A DNA stretch of 53,490 nt from a virus (IMGVR_UViG_3300032116_000274:1-53490), one strand, 5' to 3'; positions 1-9,174 are shown, counted from the stretch's first letter. Translations and numbers: made by a program. Notes: generated by a model from the letters alone, not told the origin.

Positions 1-907
1 AAAATCCCAAGCTCTTCAAAGCATCTTTAGCCATCTTGATGCCATCTTCAGCTGCCTTTGCATCCGGGCCTTGGCTAACACCACGAGGCAACACGCCTTC
101 ACAAATCAGTGTAGCAATAACAGGGCTAATGGCTGATCCCACAGCAATACCAACACCAGCAGGTGTGCCCCAGAGATAAGCATTGGTAATGGTTGTGTTG
201 ATGCAATTTGACAGTGCATTGAAAACCAGCGTTTTGTTTACCTGGCCCTTGACACCTGGAATGAGAAACAAACCTTCAGTTATGATGTAGCTGATGCTGC
301 AACTCAATGCCATTGTTTGAGCCATCGTGGCTGCCTTGCCTGCTTGACTGGCAAAGTAAGCTACCCAAGTCATGCTTGCTGCTGTGGAATTTACGGTGCC
401 TGGATCAGCAGGAGCAGGCTTTGGTGTAAAATACATTACTATGCCTGTAGTAAGCGCATAGTTCAGTCCAATTCGGCAAGCATTGGCGTCAACCCAAGCA
501 TATGCATCTTCCGCAGCCTTCACCACAGCCTCAGCGCCGTCTTTGTAAAAGTCCTGTGCTAAGGCACATCCATTCTTCCACTCAGTGGAGGCAACATCAA
601 TACCTTGTTTAGCTGCTTCTTCTGTGTTTTTGGCAATGGTGTTGGCTACACTAGCAGTTACCGCAGCAGTGTTATTGGCCAAGCTCACGCTGTAATTGTA
701 GGCGTCAGAGGCTGCCTTGGATGCATCCTTGTACACATCAGTTGCTGTGTTTGCCACAGTGTCAGCAGCCTTTGTGGCCTCTTTTGTTACAGTGTCAACA
801 GCTTTAGTGGTTTCTTTTTCCACTGTCTTGGTTGTGTCAGTTACTGTTTTTGAGACAGAGGAGGTGGCTTTCTTCACGTCCTTGGTGCTGGGCATTTTGA
901 TTTTCAT
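1..907 (-). CDS. Hypothetical protein (runs off left edge); 11-mer amphipathic repeat N-half, hydrophobic Gly/Ala/Cys-rich C-half
   Basis: Absent from the ORF track because no stop lies in the window. Hand translation from ATG 907 (RBS AAGGA; TGnTATACT upstream) is open to the edge: MKIKMPSTKDVKKATSSVSKTVTDTTKTVEKETTKAVDTV...KDALKSLGF. Confidence 0.8.
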   Translation of the reverse strand, partial: MKIKMPSTKDVKKATSSVSKTVTDTTKTVEKETTKAVDTVTKEATKAADTVANTATDVYKDASKAASDAYNYSVSLANNTAAVTASVANTIAKNTEEAAKQGIDVASTEWKNGCALAQDFYKDGAEAVVKAAEDAYAWVDANACRIGLNYALTTGIVMYFTPKPAPADPGTVNSTAASMTWVAYFASQAGKAATMAQTMALSCSISYIITEGLFLIPGVKGQVNKTLVFNALSNCINTTITNAYLWGTPAGVGIAVGSAISPVIATLICEGVLPRGVSQGPDAKAAEDGIKMAKDALKSLGF

Positions 908-979
908 TCTTGTTCCTTTTGTTACACAAGTTTGTTTGCCAAGTATAACAGAACCTTATTGCCGTGGGCTATTTTAGGC

Positions 980-1771
980 TTAACAAGGAAGGTATGAAAT
1001 ATATTTTTTCACACCCAGTTGACACATCAACTGGAGAATTTTGTCTGCATTTGGGCTTTTTTGAATACTCAAAAGATTCCGGATCACTCGTTCATCATCT
1101 TCTTGATTTGCCAACAGGCTTATGTGCTTTTTGATCCAGTCAAGGTCTTTCTTGACCATGAGAGGTTTGGGAAAAATTGTCAACGCTTTGAAGTAACGCA
1201 TGATTTGATTGGGATCGTCTTGTATGTTGGTCCTGGTATCAGGCAACATACGTATGCGGCTGTGCTTCAAATCTTCATATCCACCTTGGTAGTCCCAAAT
1301 ATGGCCGTGCAAGTCCATGCTCATGGAGTTGATAGTTAAGTCTCGCATTTCACTGTCAGTTGCCCAATTTTTGGCTTGCTTGAGAAACGGACGCTTGTTC
1401 TTCATTTGGATTCTGTAACCCAAACTGGTGATTTCCACCTTGTTTTTGCTCCCGTTATCTCTGAATACAGCCTTGATTGTTCCATGTTTGATGCCTGTAG
1501 TCTCAGCTTCAATGCCATAGAGATCCAATAAAAACAAGGTTTCACTGGGATCAGCATCCACAACCAAGTCTATATCCCGTGGAGGTTTATGCAGCAACAA
1601 GTCGCGCACCGCGCCCCCAACAATACGGGTGGGCACATGATGATCGTGAAGTATCTCTAAAATTTTTCGCGTGTTTGGGTCAATAAATTGATTCATTACT
1701 GACACATCAACTTGGGCAACAGGCTTTGTGGGATACTTTTTCATCAAGTTATTTAAAGGCTGAGACGCCAT
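980..1771 (-). CDS. Class II tRNA nucleotidyltransferase (CCA-adding / poly(A) polymerase family), short form
   Basis: Motifs IVGGAVRDLLL, DIDL, HGT, VEITSL and MRDLTINSM; the motif D region reads DDPNQIMR. Confidence 0.85.
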   Translation of the reverse strand: MASQPLNNLMKKYPTKPVAQVDVSVMNQFIDPNTRKILEILHDHHVPTRIVGGAVRDLLLHKPPRDIDLVVDADPSETLFLLDLYGIEAETTGIKHGTIKAVFRDNGSKNKVEITSLGYRIQMKNKRPFLKQAKNWATDSEMRDLTINSMSMDLHGHIWDYQGGYEDLKHSRIRMLPDTRTNIQDDPNQIMRYFKALTIFPKPLMVKKDLDWIKKHISLLANQEDDERVIRNLLSIQKSPNADKILQLMCQLGVKKYISYLPC

Positions 1772-3636
1772 TGCCCTTGTTTATAGTCTTGGTTTGGAAA
1801 CACAACCCATTGTTCTCCTGTCCAAAAATACCATTTTTGACTGTATTGATTCTTCACCACAACTGGTGGGCTGTTGCTGCTGTCAAAAACCATACGCCAC
1901 ACTGCACCATCGTATTCAATAATGTCGTTGGCCACAACAGGGGCAACAACTTGCACTGTGTTTCCTGATTCTGCATTTACATCAATAGCCAACACAACTT
2001 TGTATTGGCTATCATTCAATTGTTGTAGGCTCAACACACTGGCGGTTTGGGTTATACTTGTGCCCAGGATAAGTTGAAGTTCTCGCTCTAGGTTCAAGCG
2101 AGCTTGATTCAATGGAGTTATAACAAGTTCAGTGGAGCTTTGCACAGACACCACAAGTGCGGAAACTGGAGTTAAAGCTTTGACATTGCCCCAAGCACCA
2201 CTCTGGAAGGCGATTTCATTTGTCAAGAGATAGCGTTGGCCAAATTTTTCCTCACTCAACCCAGATCCTGGGAAAGATTTTTGTGGATCAATAACAGCAG
2301 TAATGGGGCTGCTTTGGTTAGTGGGCCAACTGTTGATTTCGCCTTTCCACACCAGCAGATTTTGGTTGGTGGGGTGAAGCTCAATATATCCCACTAGGTC
2401 GTTCTCGCGGTTGTCCAAATCATCACTAGTCAAGAGTCGGAGTTGGCTGGCACTGGATTGAAAACTGCTATAGGGCCTCACAGCACCATATTTGTCCAAG
2501 AGTCGCCACCAAGCCAAGGTGCCTCCTTTGTATGTAGTGGGGGTGAAGCCCAAATTTTCCACTGCGGAGCCCTGAACATTTTCCAAAACAACATTGCCTC
2601 CACTCATGTTCCAAAATTCCAGTTGTTGATTCAAGTTGAACACAACATTTAAATTGGGGTCCACTGTGCGCAGACGGATCAAGCTCACTAAGTCGTCAAT
2701 GCTGGTGTTGGGAATAGTTATGGCTTGGCCATTGAATTTAAATGTTGTGCCAGGCACCAATAGGGGATTTTTCCTCCCAGTTACCCTAGTGGGCAACTGT
2801 TGAGGATCGATTATGTCACCAGTTGGACTCTGGAGGCTCACTTCCCAAGTGTTTTCGCCTGCAACAGCAAGACTGATGCATGCATCGCCAGGAGTGGTGA
2901 GCACACGGCTCAACAAAGATTGCTCTGTCCACTCCATGGTATTGGGATCATACTCGCCTTCCTGGATATTGGTGACAATCTGTTGAATGATTTTTTGTAA
3001 CTTGACTTTGGCAGGCGGATTGATGAAGATAGGAACCTTATATTCCACTGTGCACACATCAATGGGATTTTCAGTGCCCACAGGTATGCTTCTGCTGCTC
3101 CAAGTGATGTTCGTGGGCTCCAAGGTTGTGATGGCAGTCCAATCCAAAGGATTGTTGGATGTTTGAATATCAATCATGCCATTGTAAAGCACTTGAGTTT
3201 GTTCCAAGAGCTCTTCTTTTTGTTGCAAATTACTGGTCCAAAAATCCACATTGAAGGTCAAATCAAATGGAACGCCCATGTAACGTTCAACAGTGCTTCT
3301 GTTACCCTGTGTGCTCAAATAACGTGAATTTTCACCGTCATATTCTCGCTCAATTACATTTTGAGTTGACACCAAGCTGGGAGCATGCCGCCGATTTGGG
3401 CTCAAAGCCATAGCAGTCATATACACTGAAATGAATGGGGCTGTGGGCAGTTTGTTTTCACTGTTGGCATTTGTTATGGTTTCTGCCAAGCGTGAGGCAT
3501 CACCATAACGACAGGGCACACGTCTGAGCTTGGGCGACCCGTCATCATTCACTCCGATGCTGACAGAAAAATTACTGAACGCACGTATGACCTGAAGTCT
3601 ATACTGACGTAGCTGTTGGTTATACCAATATTCCAT
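1753..3636 (-). CDS. T4 gp15-like tail completion/terminator protein with long C-terminal extension
   Basis: Likely start MEYWYNQQ at 3636 (TAATG overlap with the lysozyme stop). The N-terminal FSNF...VPCRYGD...VPFDLTFNVDFWT pattern and neck-gene context fit gp15. Confidence 0.65.
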   Translation of the reverse strand: MEYWYNQQLRQYRLQVIRAFSNFSVSIGVNDDGSPKLRRVPCRYGDASRLAETITNANSENKLPTAPFISVYMTAMALSPNRRHAPSLVSTQNVIEREYDGENSRYLSTQGNRSTVERYMGVPFDLTFNVDFWTSNLQQKEELLEQTQVLYNGMIDIQTSNNPLDWTAITTLEPTNITWSSRSIPVGTENPIDVCTVEYKVPIFINPPAKVKLQKIIQQIVTNIQEGEYDPNTMEWTEQSLLSRVLTTPGDACISLAVAGENTWEVSLQSPTGDIIDPQQLPTRVTGRKNPLLVPGTTFKFNGQAITIPNTSIDDLVSLIRLRTVDPNLNVVFNLNQQLEFWNMSGGNVVLENVQGSAVENLGFTPTTYKGGTLAWWRLLDKYGAVRPYSSFQSSASQLRLLTSDDLDNRENDLVGYIELHPTNQNLLVWKGEINSWPTNQSSPITAVIDPQKSFPGSGLSEEKFGQRYLLTNEIAFQSGAWGNVKALTPVSALVVSVQSSTELVITPLNQARLNLERELQLILGTSITQTASVLSLQQLNDSQYKVVLAIDVNAESGNTVQVVAPVVANDIIEYDGAVWRMVFDSSNSPPVVVKNQYSQKWYFWTGEQWVVFPNQDYKQGQWRLSL

Positions 3637-4079
3637 TAGCTGAGAAACAAATCCCTTTCTGCGTTGCGTCGGCGAGTTAGGCCAGCCAGTTCTTTCCCAC
3701 CGCTTTTGTTCCACTTGGGAAACTCATCAGCAGCACCAGCATAATCCTTGGCATTGAGTTTTTTCAAAAGTGTGCTGGAGCGCAAGTTTCCGGGCCCCAA
3801 GTTGTATGTGAAACTCACCAATGCATCAAACTGGTTTTGAGTAATGGGAACGGTAACAGCACTGTTGACTGCTTGTTCAAAGGTTTTCACGTCAGTTTTG
3901 AGAAACTCATTGGCTTGTGATTCGGTTATGGTGGCTGGGACCTTAACTGCCTGGCCATTTATCTTGGTTGTGCCATAGCCAATAGTGGGCACACCTGCGG
4001 GGCAGATATAAGCATCCAGCTTCAAGCCTTCAAAGCTTTTGATAAGAGATAAGCCTTTTTCACCTGTGGTTTTGCTCAT
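3636..4079 (-). CDS. GH24 phage lysozyme / endolysin
   Basis: FEG...AYICPAGVPTIGYG (E-x8-C-x5-T triad), QNQFDALVSFTYNLG and GLTRRRNAE; RBS AAGGA before ATG 4079. Confidence 0.95.
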   Translation of the reverse strand: MSKTTGEKGLSLIKSFEGLKLDAYICPAGVPTIGYGTTKINGQAVKVPATITESQANEFLKTDVKTFEQAVNSAVTVPITQNQFDALVSFTYNLGPGNLRSSTLLKKLNAKDYAGAADEFPKWNKSGGKELAGLTRRRNAERDLFLS

Positions 4080-4089
4080 GATAATTTCC

Positions 4090-5184
4090 TTATATAATAT
4101 CTGGATCAAGTTTGGGTTTTATTGTAGTGCGCAAGTTTTGACGTTCGTCAACAGTGGTGCCATCGGGATAAGTGGTTTTATTGCTGTTGTTAATAAATGT
4201 TGTCAAAACACGATTGGCAGGCAGCCAGGGTGCACGATAGTTGGTTTCTAGTCTTTTCCATTTGATTCCTTCGCGTTTGTATAGCACTGGGGGCAAGTAG
4301 TCCATTCGGAGAAAGTAGTCACCCTCCTTGTAGACGCTGGGAAAACTGGTGCCTGACGGCACTGGCTTGCTTTGGTTTGGCGGAATGCCATCGGAGTTGT
4401 AAACACTGATGGGCTTGTCCAAATCCTCTTCCAATATGTAAAAATGTGTGCTTTGCCAGTTTCTGAAAGCCACGTTGGCTGTAGCCTCTTCCAACACTGC
4501 GTCGTTGATGCTTATTTCTTTGTCATAAGTGCTGTTTACTTGTCCAAGTGTTGGCATGCTCCCGTCGGGATTGGGCTCTGGAACGATACCGTCTCCTCTG
4601 TCTTCCAACTCTTTGTTCAAAATGTCTTGGAACTCCTGGCTATCAGTCAAAGGTTGACATTTCACGCGCCAGAGATGTGGCCACCAAGTGGGACTGAATC
4701 CCTCTGCTGGGCGAGTGCCTTCTTGCACAACATAAAACTTGTTGATGGGGCGACCATCCAGTGCTGTGTCATCTCGCATGTGCAGCACCTCTATAACATC
4801 ACCGCTCATGATGCGTCGTCCCAGTTGGGTTACCATTTGGTTGATGTGGAATGTGATGAACACAGTGTCAGTGCTGAGAAAAAATCCAAACTGTTTGAGA
4901 TCAAACTCAGTATCCGTAACCAAATAGTGTCCTTTTATACTGTAGACATCGCTGTCATACTTTCTGTCACGGATTTCCAAGTTTACCAAGTCTGAAATGT
5001 TCAGCAGGTTGGTTTCGTCCGTGTCAGGTGTCACTGTTTTGGGATCAGGATTGGTTGGGCCAAGATATTTGTGGAGATAAAATTCTGTTGAGCCCATATT
5101 GATGTATTGCGCGGCCATTCTATCAAAGAACTTATAGTCCTTGTTCTTTGCACCAACGCCATTCCAAAAAGTTAACGGTGGCAT
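4090..5184 (-). CDS. Neck/head-closure protein, T4 gp14-like
   Basis: Late promoter TAAATA and RBS upstream; DLKQFGFFL...FITFH...GDVIEV pattern; lies upstream of the gp15-like gene. Confidence 0.6.
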   Translation of the reverse strand: MPPLTFWNGVGAKNKDYKFFDRMAAQYINMGSTEFYLHKYLGPTNPDPKTVTPDTDETNLLNISDLVNLEIRDRKYDSDVYSIKGHYLVTDTEFDLKQFGFFLSTDTVFITFHINQMVTQLGRRIMSGDVIEVLHMRDDTALDGRPINKFYVVQEGTRPAEGFSPTWWPHLWRVKCQPLTDSQEFQDILNKELEDRGDGIVPEPNPDGSMPTLGQVNSTYDKEISINDAVLEEATANVAFRNWQSTHFYILEEDLDKPISVYNSDGIPPNQSKPVPSGTSFPSVYKEGDYFLRMDYLPPVLYKREGIKWKRLETNYRAPWLPANRVLTTFINNSNKTTYPDGTTVDERQNLRTTIKPKLDPDII

Positions 5185-5204
5185 AGCTGTTCCTTCATTT
5201 GTAC

Positions 5205-5210
5205 TATTTA
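5205..5210 (-). promoter_or_regulatory. Late promoter TAAATA for the gp14-lysozyme-gp15-NTase operon
   Basis: The same hexamer lies just upstream of many late/core genes: + 13412, 15160, 20664, 21048, 23173, 24073, 27839, 28956, 31285, 33302, 44991, 51390; - 20594, 43448, 48129, 51375. It resembles the T4 late consensus TATAAATA. Confidence 0.75.
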
Positions 5211-5244
5211 GGATCAGACCAGGGTCTTATGCTAGAGACTTTGA

Positions 5245-5266
5245 CTGTTACGCTTCTGTTAAAAGT
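5245..5266 (+). promoter_or_regulatory. Pho box-like PhoB site upstream of pstS
   Basis: CTGTTAcgctt CTGTTAaaagt: two CTGTYA half-sites exactly 11 bp apart, ~75-95 bp upstream of pstS. Confidence 0.6.
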
Positions 5267-5339
5267 GGCTAGTGCTCTTGCACGTTATTTGAAAATCAGG
5301 CAAAATTACAGTGCCAATATGGATATGAAAGGAATAATA

Positions 5340-6371
5340 ATGTATCTAAAAACATTGCTGGCTGCTGCGGTGCTTGTAATAAGCTCTACTGCATCAGTTA
5401 TGGCACAACCTATCAACGGGGCTGGGGCAACATTTCCCAATCCGTTGTATCAGAAATGGGGGGAAGAAGCCAAAAAAACTGGAATTCAACTCAACTATCA
5501 AAGTGTGGGAAGTGGGGCTGGTCAAAACCAAATAAGAAACCGCACAGTGGACTTTGGTGCAAGTGATGCTCCAATGAAACAAGAAGACCTTGAGAAAAAC
5601 AACCTGCTCCAATTTCCTGCTGCGATGGGCAGTTTGGTAGCGGCTGTGCATGTTCCGGGACTGGAAAGGGATCAGCTGAGGCTAACTGGCCAAGTCTTGG
5701 CTGACATATATCTTGGCAAGATTGTAAAATGGAATGACCAACGAATTGTAGAGCTTAACCCCACGCTGCGCCTTCCCAATTTAGCGATAGCTGTTGTGTA
5801 TCGGGCAGATGGCAGTGGCACAACCTATGTGTGGGCCAGCTATCTCTCAGCAGTAAGCGAGGAATGGCGCTCTAGAGTTGGTACCGGTACCAGTGTAAAG
5901 TGGCCCATTGGCACAGGTGCACGAGGGAATGAAGGTGTAAGTGCCAGTGTGCGTCAGCTTCGCGGCGCCATCGGCTATGTGGAGAATGCATATGCCCAAC
6001 AAGCTGGATTGGTGACAACGCAAATTCGGAACAAGGACGGACATTGGGTGCGTCCCAACCACAAAGCTTTTGAGGCAACAGCAGCCGCAGCCAACTGGAA
6101 TGTGCCCAATTTTGCTGTCAACCTCATAGATCAACCTGGAAAGGACACATGGCCCATCGTCAGTCCAACCTTCATCTTGCTCCCACGTGATCCCAAGAAT
6201 CCTGCCACAAGCCTCACAACCATGCGGTTTTTTGACTGGGCTTTCTCACATGGGGACGAGATAGCTGAGCGGCTGGACTATGTACCAGTGCCAGCTGAGG
6301 TGAAAACTCGGATCCGACAAGTATGGGCAAGTGAGGTTAAAGCTCCTGATGGGACTCCTGTTTGGAAGTAA
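5340..6371 (+). CDS. pstS: Phosphate ABC transporter substrate-binding protein PstS
   Basis: Signal peptide, GAGATFPNPLY, NYQSVGSGAG, DFGASDAP, RADGSGTT, GAIGYVE and WPI; RBS AAGGA before ATG 5340. Confidence 0.97.
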   Translation: MYLKTLLAAAVLVISSTASVMAQPINGAGATFPNPLYQKWGEEAKKTGIQLNYQSVGSGAGQNQIRNRTVDFGASDAPMKQEDLEKNNLLQFPAAMGSLVAAVHVPGLERDQLRLTGQVLADIYLGKIVKWNDQRIVELNPTLRLPNLAIAVVYRADGSGTTYVWASYLSAVSEEWRSRVGTGTSVKWPIGTGARGNEGVSASVRQLRGAIGYVENAYAQQAGLVTTQIRNKDGHWVRPNHKAFEATAAAANWNVPNFAVNLIDQPGKDTWPIVSPTFILLPRDPKNPATSLTTMRFFDWAFSHGDEIAERLDYVPVPAEVKTRIRQVWASEVKAPDGTPVWK

Positions 6372-6384
6372 GCTGTGTCTAAGC

Positions 6385-6413
6385 GGTCTTGGGTTGCAAT
6401 GCAACCCAAGACC
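6385..6413. terminator. Stem-loop after pstS
   Basis: GGTCTTGGGTTGC-aat-GCAACCCAAGACC, a 13-bp perfect stem. Confidence 0.65.
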
Positions 6414-6448
6414 CTCCAAAAAAAACTCAGAAAAATAAGAACAAGTGG

Positions 6449-6477
6449 TTGACACATGTGAAGGGTAGCTGTATGAT
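6449..6477 (+). promoter_or_regulatory. Sigma70-type early promoter
   Basis: TTGACA-17 nt-TATGAT with an A-rich UP element; heads the 6505-11690 gene run. Confidence 0.8.
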
Positions 6478-6504
6478 GCAGGCATAGAGACAGGAGTAAC
6501 CCAA

Positions 6505-7428
6505 ATGGCTCGCCTGACACGCACTGACGCTAAGCTGCAAGAGATCTTGCACAGCAAGAGCACTCCAGATTTCAGCACCCTGGACTACACTGCACCAGAC
6601 TTTAATGTGCGGTATGGTCTGGCACTGAACTGGGTACACCAGGCTGTTGAGCCCGATGACCTGGTGCGGGAAGCGCAAGCTTATCTCACGCAGGCTGGTC
6701 GTGCACATGATGCTGGCTTGGTCAAGAACGTGCCCTTTGGGGTGCAGCAGACCATGGGCAAGATTGCTTACTGCCTTAATCGCGGAGCTCAGCTTAGCCC
6801 CAGGAGCCACACCTACATCGACAACGGTTTGGTGCAGGCCAAGCGGGTGGACACAGAAGGCGGGATGGACCAGTTGGCTCAGACCTCTTCAGGGCGTCTC
6901 ATTGAGGCTTATGTGGCCTGCTACGCTCGGATAGACAACCTCAAAACCTTGGTGCTGAAGGGCAAAATGGATTTGGGCGATATGCCCCAGGAAGTTGCGA
7001 AGATTGTATCCAAGTATGGGGTACCCAAGGTGCTGCCCCGCTTGCAGGCACACTACGCTGAGGCTCTTGCTGAGGCACAGAGCGACAAGCTGATCCGGCA
7101 CTGGGAAAAGCCACTTAAGGCAATTGTGCGGGCTCTGAGCAGCGGTCTTGCTCCAAAGCAGCCTCGCAAGGAAAAGCTTCCAAACAAGGAAGTGCTTCTC
7201 AAGGGCAAGAAGCTGAAGGTCAAGGCCAAGAAGTCCAGCAGCAGCCTTACTTCCAAGCCCAACAAGCCCAGCAGTGGACTCAGCATTGCTTCTCAGGTGC
7301 GCGAGCTGATCCGGGAAAACAAGAGCAAGGTCAACGAGGCAGAGATGGTGGAGATTGTGATCAAGAAGCTGGGACTCAACAATGCACGCGGCAAGAGCGT
7401 TGTGAAAGCTTTTTGGGGAAAGGTGTAA
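6505..7428 (+). CDS. Hypothetical early protein with Lys-rich linker and small C-terminal helical domain
   Basis: 307-aa ORF with RBS AGGAG. The last ~48 aa resemble the C-terminus of the SprT-like protein at 35198. Confidence 0.85.
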   Translation: MARLTRTDAKLQEILHSKSTPDFSTLDYTAPDFNVRYGLALNWVHQAVEPDDLVREAQAYLTQAGRAHDAGLVKNVPFGVQQTMGKIAYCLNRGAQLSPRSHTYIDNGLVQAKRVDTEGGMDQLAQTSSGRLIEAYVACYARIDNLKTLVLKGKMDLGDMPQEVAKIVSKYGVPKVLPRLQAHYAEALAEAQSDKLIRHWEKPLKAIVRALSSGLAPKQPRKEKLPNKEVLLKGKKLKVKAKKSSSSLTSKPNKPSSGLSIASQVRELIRENKSKVNEAEMVEIVIKKLGLNNARGKSVVKAFWGKV

Positions 7429-7907
7429 CCTCGTTGGAAAGGGAAAGTCCGCAAGAGTTTGCTGACAGGTGGACTAGGCGCTGGGCAGGATACTACCAAG
7501 GAGGTTTGCCCAGCAGCCTTGAGCTCAACCAACTGTGCTCTGAAGTTTCCAACGTCAACGGTCAAGGTCCTTGGACTAGAGTGGTGCTGGGGTGGATGTA
7601 TGGGCAGAGCCAATGTGTGAGTGATACTGACCTTTTGGTGTGGTGTAGCCAACTGGGCAACATTCTTTTGCAACCTTACTTTCTCAAGTACCGGCCCGAT
7701 CCCAACAGTAGGGAGCATCCAACTGAAAACAACTATGGAAATCTTGGCATCCAAGTGTGGTGCAGTTCCAAGGAAGATGCCTCCCTAGTGCACTTGGCTT
7801 GGCCTGAATTTGTGGTTAGTGAGCGTGTTTTTTCAGGTAGCCAAATGCAAGACAGCTTGCGCTGGATGGCTGGACCGTCAAGCAGATTGTATGGAGCTCA
7901 TAAATGA
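7413..7907 (+). CDS. Hypothetical protein (start uncertain)
   Basis: Fills the gap in a co-oriented operon; ATGA overlap with the next gene. Confidence 0.6.
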   Translation: MGKGVTSLERESPQEFADRWTRRWAGYYQGGLPSSLELNQLCSEVSNVNGQGPWTRVVLGWMYGQSQCVSDTDLLVWCSQLGNILLQPYFLKYRPDPNSREHPTENNYGNLGIQVWCSSKEDASLVHLAWPEFVVSERVFSGSQMQDSLRWMAGPSSRLYGAHK

Positions 7908-8194
7908 TGATAGCTGATATGATTTTGGCACTGTTGATGGTGGGCGGAGGCCTTTGGAGTGCCAAATGGAGCATTCAGGTAGCAATCGAGAACAGTAGCA
8001 CACCAGAGGGCTGCATCCAACAACTGCTGCGGGAGTCTTATGTGTTCATAGCCGTAGTGCTCTTGCTCTGGGGAATGGGCTGGGTAGACATATTTGCATT
8101 CACAATGTTCATTGTGCGAAAGCTGCGCCTACTGCTCTATGATTATCCACACTTAATTCAAAATTATCACAATCTCAAAGAGGGAATTAATTGA
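7904..8194 (+). CDS. Small membrane protein
   Basis: Two hydrophobic segments, RBS GGAG, coupled to both neighbours. Confidence 0.7.
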   Translation: MMIADMILALLMVGGGLWSAKWSIQVAIENSSTPEGCIQQLLRESYVFIAVVLLLWGMGWVDIFAFTMFIVRKLRLLLYDYPHLIQNYHNLKEGIN

Positions 8195-9174
8195 TGGCCA
8201 AAAAACCAGGGCGTATGTTTCTCTATGTGTGGAGTGAGTCCACCAATCCCCATGAGTGCAAGTTTGGAGAACGCTGGGTGCAGCCTAGCGAGACTCCAGA
8301 AGACTCTGTTCGTGCTCGAGTGCGAGACAGTCTTGGAGTCAGAAAAGACCTGCTCAACACAGGTATTGTCAGCATTGATCACATCTGGGACGTAACCAGC
8401 TACGCTACAAGGGTTGGCCGTTGTCAGCAACATGCTCGCATGGATGATTATGTGCGCGGTTTTGTGGGTCACCGAAAAGGCACTACTGGTGAGATTCACA
8501 CCATCAGCAGCCTGGAATTGATTTTGAAGGTCAATCAACACTTGGCAAGTGTGAATCAGGAACTGCCCTCAGCTGGCCTCAGCACCATGCAATACAGGAT
8601 GTGCCTCCAAACTCTTGAGGCCTATGAGCAGGGCAAGCAAGTGGTGCTGGCTGAGCTGTGTGCTCGTTTTGGCAAAACCATTTACAGTGGTGCAGTGGCC
8701 CGCGAGTTGGAGTCACCATTGGTGATTGTTGCCAGCTATGTGAAAACAGTTTTTGCCAGCTTTGCCAAAGACCTCACTAGCTTCCAGCAGTGGAGCCACT
8801 ATCAACATGTGGACACTCAGAAGGACGGGTGGCAAGAACAAGTTACCCAAGCCCTCAAGAGCAAGAAGCCTGTTATTTGCTATCTCAGCATGTGCAGTGG
8901 TAGCCAGCGTGAGGCCAGGATCAAATGGCTGTGCCAAAAACGGGTTGAGAGGCTGTTGGTTGTTGATGAGGCAGACTACGGTAGCTATCGCCCCGGGCAG
9001 GCTGAGCTGTTGAAGAAGCATATTGGAAAGCGAGACCGAGTTTTGATCATGACAGGCACGAATGCTGATCGGGCCAGCAAGCTGTGGAAAATTGACACCA
9101 TGCTAAGTGTTACTTACCCAGAGCTTTTGGTTCAAAAGCATGCTGTGCAACAAGGGACTACCGGCAATGCTTAA
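8194..9174 (+). CDS. T5orf172/GIY-YIG-like domain plus N-terminal half of an SF2 (restriction-type) helicase
   Basis: N-terminal YVW...CKFGE...R...R; Walker A LCARFGKT; Walker B VVDEADYG; motif III MTGT. Confidence 0.75.
   Translation: MAKKPGRMFLYVWSESTNPHECKFGERWVQPSETPEDSVRARVRDSLGVRKDLLNTGIVSIDHIWDVTSYATRVGRCQQHARMDDYVRGFVGHRKGTTGEIHTISSLELILKVNQHLASVNQELPSAGLSTMQYRMCLQTLEAYEQGKQVVLAELCARFGKTIYSGAVARELESPLVIVASYVKTVFASFAKDLTSFQQWSHYQHVDTQKDGWQEQVTQALKSKKPVICYLSMCSGSQREARIKWLCQKRVERLLVVDEADYGSYRPGQAELLKKHIGKRDRVLIMTGTNADRASKLWKIDTMLSVTYPELLVQKHAVQQGTTGNA

Noticed and set aside
317-977. Plus-strand ORFs 317-562, 605-853 and 717-977
   Set aside because: Antisense shadows of the minus-strand repeat protein, which has an RBS and promoter.
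3637-3714. ORF-track N-terminal extensions (3714, 5199, 9107, 24000, 40722, 45540, 48171, 51347)
   Set aside because: Downstream starts have better RBS or stop-start coupling; the extensions overlap other genes or promoters.
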